Origin: a virus
Lineage: Duplodnaviria > Caudoviricetes
Reading direction: 5' to 3' (one strand)
Length of the DNA: 25,087 nucleotides
Virus record (IMG/VR): IMGVR_UViG_3300005512_000305
Coordinates: 1-25,087 of that record
In this document: piece by piece, positions 1 through 7,199 of the stretch
Layout of the letters: the number at the start of each line of letters is the position of its first letter
How positions within the stretch are numbered: position 1 is the first letter of the stretch
Translations under genes and position numbers: made by a program
Notes under the pieces: generated by a model
What the model was told of the DNA's origin: nothing
What the model saw: only the letters and a program-made list of their open reading frames with translations
Database searches by the model: none

Positions 1-2
1 TT

Positions 3-320
3 ATCCCAATTAATGAGTGGGATAATGATGATGTGCATATTGAGATTCACGAACTTATGCAAAAGAGTTCGTCGTACAAGATGTTGCCAACGTACATTCA
101 GGATGAAGTCATGAATCACGTTGCGCAGCACAAGGCGCGTCGCGCTATGAGGATGATGGGTCTACTTCCTCCTGGTGGCCCTCAACCTGGTGGTGCGTAT
201 GAGCCTGGTAACTCTGGAAGTATTTCACCCGCTGTAGGCTCTAGTGGTCCGGGGTCAATGCCTCCGCCCCCCCAACCCGGTAACATGACGGACTTTATGG
301 GTCCAGAACAGGCAATCTAA
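3..320 (+). CDS. C-terminal part of probable portal protein (5'-truncated by window edge)
   Basis: Frame is open from base 3 (IPINEWDNDDVHIEIHELMQKS...) and ends in a Pro/Gly/Met-rich low-complexity tail. Lies upstream of scaffold and capsid, and PxNxWDNxxxHIxxH resembles portal C-termini I recall from similar phages. Confidence 0.6.
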   Translation: MPINEWDNDDVHIEIHELMQKSSSYKMLPTYIQDEVMNHVAQHKARRAMRMMGLLPPGGPQPGGAYEPGNSGSISPAVGSSGPGSMPPPPQPGNMTDFMGPEQAI

Positions 321-577
321 TGGAAAAAAAGAAAAAGAAACCCAGTTACAGCAACCGAAGAGGTCGCCCCACCCCTAAGGGTGAATTGACAGAAGAACTC
401 CAGTTTAGGGATGAGCTGATTAGATTACAAATGGCTAAATTGGAAGAGCAGATTGCGGCCATGCGAGCGCGCGGTCAAGCCCCTGAGCTTCCCATGAGCC
501 GTGGGGACGTTTTAGACATGTACGGCAACCCCAGGCGTCAGAGTATTTCTGACAAAATGGGTTTTGGAAGAAAGTAA
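320..577 (+). CDS. Small hypothetical protein with basic N-terminus and short coiled coil (85 aa)
   Basis: ORF coupled by TAATG overlaps at both ends. Confidence 0.75.
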   Translation: MEKKKKKPSYSNRRGRPTPKGELTEELQFRDELIRLQMAKLEEQIAAMRARGQAPELPMSRGDVLDMYGNPRRQSISDKMGFGRK

Positions 578-741
578 TGGAAAAAAAGAAGGTGTGGGAT
601 ACGAAAAATCCCAAACCTAAAAGCAAGCGGATGTCTTTGACTCCGGCGCAGAAAGCGCAGGCTAAGGCTCGCGCCAAAGCGGCTGGGCGCCCGTACCCCA
701 ACCTTGTTGACAATATGGCTGTGTCAAAGAAAAAAAAGTAA
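577..741 (+). CDS. Small Lys-rich basic protein, 54 aa (MEKKKVWDTKNPKPKSKRMSLTPAQKAQAKARAKAAGRPYPNLVDNMAVSKKKK), absent from the ORF track
   Basis: Translated by hand. Fills the gap exactly, with TAATG overlaps at both ends. The AGRPYPNLVDN motif looks like a recurrent small phage protein family. Confidence 0.85.
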   Translation: MEKKKVWDTKNPKPKSKRMSLTPAQKAQAKARAKAAGRPYPNLVDNMAVSKKKK

Positions 742-1091
742 TGAATTTATACGACAAGTTAAGCCCCCAGGAGAAATCTTTTCATGACGCTCTCCTGGGG
801 GTTGTTGACGAGCATGGCAAGTTCCCTGCCGACCCTGGCGTTTATGTTGAGTATGTACCTCCGGCTAAGAACGAGGATGCTGAAAAGGGTGTGAAGTGCG
901 GTAATTGCTCGTTTTATGCTGGTGGCAAAAATTGTATGATTATTAAAGAGAAGGTTCACGATGGCGGCAAGTGTCGTTTTGTGACAGTGCCTGAGGGCAT
1001 GGTTGACTATAACGACCCAGAAAAGTCCAAAAAGAAAGCTGTTGATTTGGCTATCAAGATGGGCGCTGAAAAGAAAGAAAATTATGGCTGA
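741..1091 (+). CDS. Protein with HiPIP-like four-cysteine (putative Fe-S or metal-binding) domain
   Basis: Y...KCGNCSFY-x5-C-x9-GGKCRF pattern resembles the HiPIP cysteine spacing CxxC...C...GxC. Confidence 0.6.
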   Translation: MNLYDKLSPQEKSFHDALLGVVDEHGKFPADPGVYVEYVPPAKNEDAEKGVKCGNCSFYAGGKNCMIIKEKVHDGGKCRFVTVPEGMVDYNDPEKSKKKAVDLAIKMGAEKKENYG

Positions 1092-1383
1092 GGCAAAAGG
1101 TCGCAAATCTAGTGCTTTGAGGAATGCTGGCGTGTCTGGTTACAACCAGCCCAAGCGTACCCCCAACCATCCTAAGAAGTCTCATGTTGTTGTTGTTGAA
1201 GTTGACGGTAAACCTAAGACTATTCGTTTTGGTGAACAGGGCGCTAGTACTGCTGGTAAACCGAAAGCTGGGGAATCTGACCGGATGAAGAAGAAGCGTT
1301 CTTCGTTTAAGGCGCGTCACTCTAAGAACATCGCTAAAGGTAAGACTTCTGCGGCTTATTGGGCTGACAAAGTAAAATGGTAA
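1084..1383 (+). CDS. Small basic phage protein (99 aa), possibly nucleic-acid binding
   Basis: ATG at 1084 overlaps the end of the previous gene and is preferred over 1003. Motifs PKRTPNHPKKSHVV, IRFGEQG, SFKARH and AAYWADKVKW are typical of a widespread uncharacterised phage family. Confidence 0.85.
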   Translation: MAEAKGRKSSALRNAGVSGYNQPKRTPNHPKKSHVVVVEVDGKPKTIRFGEQGASTAGKPKAGESDRMKKKRSSFKARHSKNIAKGKTSAAYWADKVKW

Positions 1384-1424
1384 AGTAAGGAATTTTCCTT
1401 ACCCACACTTACCGGCTTAAATGT

Positions 1425-1433
1425 TGGTAAGCT
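1425..1433 (+). promoter_or_regulatory. Putative extended -10 promoter (TGGTAAGCT) ahead of the structured region
   Basis: Matches TGnTAnnnT, like the other promoters in the window. No credible CDS follows. Confidence 0.4.
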
Positions 1434-1439
1434 TGTTGC

Positions 1440-1690
1440 GATAGCGCAGGTAACTCGCCAGCCGTAAGGCCCGCCGGTGAAGCGCGGTCCCCCAGTCCTA
1501 CGGGACGGGGGGCCTCACGTTTGTAAGGTTAACGGCTTGCAAATTGCTATGTTAGAATTAGTGTACGACGGGCTGGTTACCAGAACGTTGTCCGCCTTCA
1601 CCCTCGTTGCTTCGCCTGCGGGGGTGTCGTGCTTTTGCTATGCTTGTGGTGAAGACCCCGGATGGCCTCTACGAGTATGTCACCGGGGTT
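1440..1690 (+). ncRNA. Candidate structured non-coding RNA(s) of unknown family
   Basis: Dense GC-rich stems in an intergenic gap: GCC-GTAA-GGC (GNRA loop), GGTCCCCC-A-GTCC-TACG-GGAC-GGGGGGCC (cUACGg loop, 1486-1514), pairings 1449-1459/1571-1581 and 1563-1569/1626-1632, and a long hairpin at 1654-1690. G-U pairs and tetraloops favour the + strand. Confidence 0.5.
1550..1558 (+). promoter_or_regulatory. Putative extended -10 promoter (TGTTAGAAT) inside the intergenic region
   Basis: TGnTAnnnT match in an AT-rich linker between two structured blocks. Confidence 0.4.
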
Positions 1691-1793
1691 ATGTATTAAC
1701 GCACATAATTTGCATAATTCTGCATATCTGAAATGCGGTAAATGCGTTTTTCTGCACGCTCGCGCAAACGGTAGCGTAAGGTAAGGGCGTCTG

Positions 1794-1802
1794 TGGTATA
1801 GT
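1794..1802 (+). promoter_or_regulatory. Extended -10 promoter (TGGTATAGT) for leaderless scaffold mRNA
   Basis: Lies 7 nt upstream of ATG 1810, with no SD sequence. Confidence 0.65.
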
Positions 1803-1809
1803 TAGGGTT

Positions 1810-2832
1810 ATGGCTAACCAAAACGATACTGTTGATATTACCCAGCTAGACCTCTCCATGGTGGAAGGCTTCGAAGGCTTTGGCGATGACAAAGCAGACG
1901 ACACCCCCATCGAAGAGCCAGTCTACGATACCCCCGTCGAAGAACCAGACGACGACGAACCCATCGCAGCGGAAGACGACAGCGATACAGACAGCGACGA
2001 CGAACCAATCTCATGGTCGTACATTGAAAGCATCGTCCCCGAACCACTCCACGAAGACCTCAAACCGCTTGTTGAAGACTGGCAACGCAGATACCAGCGA
2101 ATCATCGAAGAAACAGAACCGCTACGCAAATACACCCAGCAAGGTGTAACCGAAGCTGACATTGAAGTCGCACTACAAGTACAGCAAGCGCTTATCAAAG
2201 ACCCACGCAGGTTCTACGAAGGACTTGGCGAAACATACGGTTGGCAGCAAGAAACCGCCGGTGTTGCCGAGCTGAAAGCGCAGATTGAACAAACCCAACG
2301 ACTCATTGCACAAAGAAACGGTCAACAGCAGCAAGCCGACCCGGATTCTTTTGAAAGCTATTTCGGTTTCGACGAAAACAACACCCAACAGCAAGCGCCC
2401 TCGTCACAGCAAGAAATGGCGCTGGCGAAACAGTTGCAGGAAACACAGGAACGTCTGCAACAGTTGGAGCAAAGCCAAAGAACTTCTGAAGAACAAAGAA
2501 TGTACCAGGAGCAGGCTGACGCTGGTCGCCGGCAACTAGAAAATGAGTTGGGCGAGCTGGAGAAAAAGTATGGGACGTTCGACAGGACCGAAGTTGTTAA
2601 ACGTGCTGTGGCTAACGCGCACGCCGGCAACAACCCGTCAGTGTCCCACGCTTACCATGAGCTTCGCGACTACGAAGAAAACCTTCGCCGCAAATACGCT
2701 GCGAAACGTCCCCCCAAGGTGGTGGGTAGTGGTAGTGGTATGACCGCTGCCGCCCCACCGGATTTGAGTACAGATGACGCTAAACGAGAAGCCGCTTTGG
2801 CGCTTGCTCTTCGTTTGGGTTCACAAACCTAG
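1810..2832 (+). CDS. Probable capsid scaffolding protein
   Basis: Very acidic disordered N-terminus and Gln/Glu-rich coiled coils, directly upstream of the capsid gene. Confidence 0.75.
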   Translation: MANQNDTVDITQLDLSMVEGFEGFGDDKADDTPIEEPVYDTPVEEPDDDEPIAAEDDSDTDSDDEPISWSYIESIVPEPLHEDLKPLVEDWQRRYQRIIEETEPLRKYTQQGVTEADIEVALQVQQALIKDPRRFYEGLGETYGWQQETAGVAELKAQIEQTQRLIAQRNGQQQQADPDSFESYFGFDENNTQQQAPSSQQEMALAKQLQETQERLQQLEQSQRTSEEQRMYQEQADAGRRQLENELGELEKKYGTFDRTEVVKRAVANAHAGNNPSVSHAYHELRDYEENLRRKYAAKRPPKVVGSGSGMTAAAPPDLSTDDAKREAALALALRLGSQT

Positions 2833-2883
2833 ACCCTCACGGAAACACTAACAGCCGGCTAAATACACTATTAGTCTTTTATT

Positions 2884-2962
2884 TGCTAATCTTGTTATAT
2901 AGCCGTCCTTACGGCTGGGCAAAAGTAAGCTGAAAACCCCAAGCCAACGAAAGGAAAAACTA
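2884..2962 (+). promoter_or_regulatory. Capsid promoter (TGCTAATCT, 2884-2892), 5' leader hairpin (AGCCGT-CCTT-ACGGCT, 2901-2916) and SD (AAAGGA)
   Basis: All elements read directly from the sequence upstream of ATG 2963. Confidence 0.6.
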
Positions 2963-4189
2963 ATGGCTGATGGTATTTCGTTAACTATCGGTTCGGAAAT
3001 TCTGAAACAGATTTACTCCGATGGTGTAAACGAGCAGATTAACAACGACACCCCCGCACTGGGGATGATTAAGAGCACCGCAAAGAACATTACCAACGTC
3101 GGTGGCGCTGGCGTGAACTTTGTTGCTCACTTTGGACGCAACCACGGTATTGGTGCGCGTGATGAACTCGAGGCTCTGCCTGACGCAGGTCAGCAAACCT
3201 ACGCTCGTGGTTCCACGGGGCTGAAGAGCCTCTACGGTGCCATCAAGTGCACGGGTCAGACCATGTACCAGGCAAAGTCCAACCCGCAGGCATTCGTCGA
3301 CTATGTTGGCGAAGAGATGACCCGCATTAAGCAGGACCTCGCTAAGGACCAGAACCGTCAGGTTTATGGTGACGGAACCGGAACGCTCGCCGTTCTCACT
3401 GCTGAGTCATCCGCTTCAACCACTGTTACGGTTGACTCGGTGCAGTACCTTGAGATTGGTAGCCGTATCGACATCCTGGACAACGGAGCCCTGCCCAGTG
3501 CACGAAACGCCGCGTATGTCACTGTGACCGACATTGATGAAGCAAACCTCACCATCACCGTGAGTTCTGCTGTCACTGCCGTTGTCAATGACATTATCGT
3601 GCGTTCTTCGCGTACCGCATCCGGGGGAACCAACTCCTACAACAAGGAGTGGACCGGTTTCGGAGCCCTCATTAAGGCTTCCGGAACACTCTTCGGGATT
3701 GACCCGACTGTGCACCCCGAATGGTCATCCTATGTGACCACTCCCGCTGACGCTGGAGGGGAACTGACCGAACTCGACCTTGACGACGTTATCCTTAACG
3801 TTCGCAAGAAGGGTTCACGTCCTACCCGTATCCTCACGACCCCTGGTGTGTACCGTGCATACTGGAACGCACTGCAGGGTCTGCGTCAGTTCGTCAACAA
3901 GCAGGACATGAATGGTGGTGTTTCTGGTGGACTTACCTTCACCACACCTTACGGTGACATCCCCATGATGACTGACTTCGACTGCCCGGCTGGTGTTGCG
4001 TGGTTCCCGAACGACAAGGAGCTTGCGCTCAACACCAACGTTGGTTGGGAATGGATTGACGAGCAGGGTGCAGTTTGGCAGAAGCTGTCAGGATATGACG
4101 CCTTCGTTGCTGAAATGCGCAACTACTCCGAGTTGACTACCTACCGTCGCAACGCGCATGGTAAACTGACTGGTATCGCTGAAGTCTAA
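2963..4189 (+). CDS. Major capsid protein (HK97 fold likely)
   Basis: 408 aa, follows the scaffold, has a strong SD and a downstream terminator. Motifs DLAKDQNRQVYGDGTG and C-terminal RRNAHGKLTGI are typical of phage capsid proteins. Confidence 0.88.
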   Translation: MADGISLTIGSEILKQIYSDGVNEQINNDTPALGMIKSTAKNITNVGGAGVNFVAHFGRNHGIGARDELEALPDAGQQTYARGSTGLKSLYGAIKCTGQTMYQAKSNPQAFVDYVGEEMTRIKQDLAKDQNRQVYGDGTGTLAVLTAESSASTTVTVDSVQYLEIGSRIDILDNGALPSARNAAYVTVTDIDEANLTITVSSAVTAVVNDIIVRSSRTASGGTNSYNKEWTGFGALIKASGTLFGIDPTVHPEWSSYVTTPADAGGELTELDLDDVILNVRKKGSRPTRILTTPGVYRAYWNALQGLRQFVNKQDMNGGVSGGLTFTTPYGDIPMMTDFDCPAGVAWFPNDKELALNTNVGWEWIDEQGAVWQKLSGYDAFVAEMRNYSELTTYRRNAHGKLTGIAEV

Positions 4190-4211
4190 CTTCATATCCA
4201 CCTCCTAAAAG

Positions 4212-4250
4212 AGAAACCCCCTCGCAACTCCTTCCTGCGGGGGGGTTTCT
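4212..4250 (+). terminator. Intrinsic terminator after the capsid gene
   Basis: 15-bp stem AGAAACCCCCTCGCA / TGCGGGGGGGTTTCT with one G-U pair and a T-rich 3' arm. Confidence 0.8.
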
Positions 4251-4264
4251 TGTATGCTAGATGC

Positions 4265-4654
4265 ATGGTTATGCTTTTTAAAAATTTAGATTTACCGGAA
4301 CATGGTCGACGTTTGGCGGAAATTCTCAAAGATTACAACCCGGATTTGTATTTAGAGAAACTGCCACCGCAGCACCCTTACCTGTTGGAGCAACCGGATA
4401 AACCGTACGCGGTTTTCCACAGACCCTTCGGTTTGCCTGAATATATTGTGAGTGTTTACCCGGAAACAATGTTGGATGCGCGTATCCTTGCACAAATTTT
4501 TGAGTGGGACACGCACAGGTTCGGTAAACAACTGGACAAGTTTGATGCGTTGACGCATGCGCAACATATTCTGCAAGAACGAACACGTGCGGACGAAAGA
4601 GAAGAAAAACGCGATAAAATGAAATACACACTAAATAAACGTCGCTGGGAGTAA
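4265..4654 (+). CDS. Hypothetical protein in head module
   Basis: ORF between capsid and adaptor. Start moved to ATG 4265, 6 nt after TATGCT (4253-4258); ATG 4271 is also possible. Confidence 0.75.
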   Translation: MVMLFKNLDLPEHGRRLAEILKDYNPDLYLEKLPPQHPYLLEQPDKPYAVFHRPFGLPEYIVSVYPETMLDARILAQIFEWDTHRFGKQLDKFDALTHAQHILQERTRADEREEKRDKMKYTLNKRRWE

Positions 4655-4657
4655 CGA

Positions 4658-5317
4658 ATGCCCGCAGAAATTTTTACGCGCACGGGAACGGAAGTCGCTA
4701 ACTCCGTCAAGCGCCAGTTTGGTGACCCTGATGGGCGTCAAATCACTAACGATGATATCCTCAACTGGATTAATAGCGCCCAGCAGGACATTATTTCGCA
4801 GAACCCTATCCTCAAAGATAGCGCCCAAACGAACGTTGTTAGTGGGCAAGACATTTACACGTACCCGTCCGAAAGTATCCAGTATATTGAGGCGTTGCAT
4901 TATGACGGTGTGCCGCTAGAGTATTACACGTTCCAGGAAGCACAAACATACATTTTGTCGAACCCTGACGCTGACATTGTTCAGGACGTGAAACCATCTA
5001 TTTGGTATGAGCGGGCAGGGAACATTTACCTTTTCCCGAAACCGCTAGAGAACGTGACGAATGGTTTGCGGTTGTTTTTTGTGCGCCAACCAGCGAACCT
5101 TGCGTCTTTGGGGGACACATTGAGTGTGCCTGATAAGTATTTTCAGCGTGTCATAGATTTGGTGTTGGCTCGCGCATACCAGTTGGATGAAAACTGGGAG
5201 GCGGCCCAATACAAGCAAGCCGAATACGTGAACGCTATGAACTTGTTAGCGAACCAGGAGAACGCGACACAGGTTAACTCTTACTCCACTAACACGGCAC
5301 GTATTGAGGACTTGTAA
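4658..5317 (+). CDS. Head-tail adaptor / tail tubular protein A-like
   Basis: 219 aa. Motifs ILNWINSAQQDI, G-x-x-x-Y-x-x-P and IYLFPKP, plus a helical C-terminus, are typical of podovirus adaptors. Position fits. Confidence 0.7.
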   Translation: MPAEIFTRTGTEVANSVKRQFGDPDGRQITNDDILNWINSAQQDIISQNPILKDSAQTNVVSGQDIYTYPSESIQYIEALHYDGVPLEYYTFQEAQTYILSNPDADIVQDVKPSIWYERAGNIYLFPKPLENVTNGLRLFFVRQPANLASLGDTLSVPDKYFQRVIDLVLARAYQLDENWEAAQYKQAEYVNAMNLLANQENATQVNSYSTNTARIEDL

Positions 5318-6924
5318 TGGCTGTTCTGCCCGCAACTGAGGTGCGGCGGTTCAGCGCTGTAGGTAAGAGTGCACGTTCTGAACCGCTCATTGTGTCGTCG
5401 TTCCTTGGCGGGCTCAACAATGTTGCGGACATTACCACTATTCGTGAAGATGAGCTTCACCGTATGGAAAACTTTGAACTGGATTCAAACGGCACACTGG
5501 TATCACGCCCCCCTATCCACCAGGTTGCGGAGTCACCTGTTGTTGATGCGGAGATTGATTTGCACGGTTACTACACTGACAGTAACGAAGACGTGTTCCT
5601 TATTGTGTCGTGTAGTTCCGGCACATATTTGTACGATATTGAAAACGAAACGTACACACAAATTACTGCTTTGGTGGCGTCTGGTGCGGCACAGTTCGAA
5701 GGTAACCTTTACATTTCGTGCGCGACAGCGCCTGGTGGTTACTACAACGGGACAACGTTTATCCAACTAAGCGGTGGTGCAACACCCATGCCTAAGGGTG
5801 AACAAATAATTTTGTACAAGTCACGGTTTTTTATGATTTCTCGCGAAACAGGTTCCAACAAAACCCGTATATGGTTTTCAAACATTACAACTGCTGGGCC
5901 TGGGGCGACCAGTATTAACGAGTGGGACACGGATAACTATTTTAATGTTGAGGCTGGTGACGGACAGTTTATTACTAAAATTGTGGCGGCGACCAGTGAA
6001 ATTTATATTTTCCGGTCTAAAAGCACGTTTTATTACCGTTACACGTCAACCCCTGGTGACGGTATTTTAGAAGCTTTGAGCCGCACCGTGGGGGCGGACA
6101 ATAAGTATTCTGTGCAGGAATACCAGTTCTCGTACCTTGTGTTGAGTGGTGGGCGTTTGTACAGGTTTGTGTCGTACCAGTTTTACCCGTTGAACGATGT
6201 GCAACGAGTCCAGTTTGCGCAAAACGCTAACACGTTAACGTTGTCTATTTTTTCAGCGTTGTCTGTTTTCGGGGACCGGGCGTTAGTGTGGTTTGGTGGT
6301 TCCATGTACGCGCTTGACTTGGACAAGGGGTCCTGGTCGGAGTGGGTGTCAGATACGTATTTCGCGTGGGGGCTTGTGGCACCGCGTCGGGAGAACGACC
6401 TCACGCCGGACGTTATTTACGGTATTACTGGTTTGAACACAACCTCATTGCAAGCGCTGTACCAAAGCATTGACTCGTACGGGCAGACCATAGAAGAAGA
6501 AATAACGTGTATAGCAGAATCGAAAGCTTTTGATTTTGGTATGCCGGATAGTTGGAAACGTTTGTTTTATTGGGCTGCTGACGTGTATACGGCACGGGAT
6601 GTTGTGGGCACCGCGGACCCCATTCAATTCGTGTCACAAGTAAGCTACTGGGACGATTTTGAGGATGGCACGTGGGATGACCTTGAAATTGGAACATGGG
6701 ATAACCCAACGGCCCCCGCCCCTTCAATTACAACAACTTTAGATTACCCGGTTGATTTGCCTTACAGGCTAACGACTACTTTCCAGAAAGATATGCGTTT
6801 CAGGCGTTGCTCTTTCACTATACAGTTGACCACTGACGGGACAACTTCTACGGGTCCTGTCAGGGTTGTGTCGTTGTCGATTCACGCTGTGGGTAAGAGG
6901 GGTGTTTCTGCGAACCTTGAATAG
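5317..6924 (+). CDS. Nozzle / tail tubular protein B-like (beta-rich stabilisation protein)
   Basis: 535 aa, beta-propeller-like. N-terminal FLGGLN...ENFELDSNGTLVSRP and C-terminal SKAFDFGMPDSWKRL motifs. Coupled to the adaptor gene. Confidence 0.72.
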   Translation: MAVLPATEVRRFSAVGKSARSEPLIVSSFLGGLNNVADITTIREDELHRMENFELDSNGTLVSRPPIHQVAESPVVDAEIDLHGYYTDSNEDVFLIVSCSSGTYLYDIENETYTQITALVASGAAQFEGNLYISCATAPGGYYNGTTFIQLSGGATPMPKGEQIILYKSRFFMISRETGSNKTRIWFSNITTAGPGATSINEWDTDNYFNVEAGDGQFITKIVAATSEIYIFRSKSTFYYRYTSTPGDGILEALSRTVGADNKYSVQEYQFSYLVLSGGRLYRFVSYQFYPLNDVQRVQFAQNANTLTLSIFSALSVFGDRALVWFGGSMYALDLDKGSWSEWVSDTYFAWGLVAPRRENDLTPDVIYGITGLNTTSLQALYQSIDSYGQTIEEEITCIAESKAFDFGMPDSWKRLFYWAADVYTARDVVGTADPIQFVSQVSYWDDFEDGTWDDLEIGTWDNPTAPAPSITTTLDYPVDLPYRLTTTFQKDMRFRRCSFTIQLTTDGTTSTGPVRVVSLSIHAVGKRGVSANLE

Positions 6925-6968
6925 TTTGAGGTATCATTAGATAGGCCCATACTGTTTGAGGAGTTTTT

Positions 6969-7199
6969 GTGCAACAAGATTACAACCTTGGCACTTACGC
7001 TAAAAACCCTTACGCGGCGGGGCAGCAACGGTATGGGTTGAGTGCTAGTAGCGCACCGACTTCTGGCCGTCTGAAAAAAGACGGTTACATTGATAGGGAA
7101 AGACGAAATAAGCTTAAGAAGCAAATTTATTTGCGTTGGATGCAGGATAATAGTACGGGGCGTTATAACAGTCCTGGGGCTTTAAGAAGGGGAATGTAA
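6969..7199 (+). CDS. Small basic hypothetical protein (76 aa)
   Basis: GAGGAG SD before GTG and TAATG coupling to the next gene. Confidence 0.7.
   Translation: MQQDYNLGTYAKNPYAAGQQRYGLSASSAPTSGRLKKDGYIDRERRNKLKKQIYLRWMQDNSTGRYNSPGALRRGM

Noticed and set aside
1003-1083. N-terminal extension of the 126-aa ORF
   Set aside because: It overlaps the upstream gene extensively. ATG 1084 gives a normal short overlap.
1563-1632. tRNA-like ~70-nt multibranch fold
   Set aside because: It has a 7-bp closing stem but no proper T-loop (GTTCRA), D-loop or anticodon arm, and no CCA end.
1440-1690. Known riboswitch or self-cleaving ribozyme (ZTP, c-di-GMP, fluoride, hammerhead)
   Set aside because: I could not find the conserved core sequences by eye, so the region is left as an unassigned RNA.
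1477-1731. 84-aa ORF in the intergenic region
   Set aside because: No SD or leaderless promoter spacing, atypical composition, and it runs through dense RNA-like hairpins.
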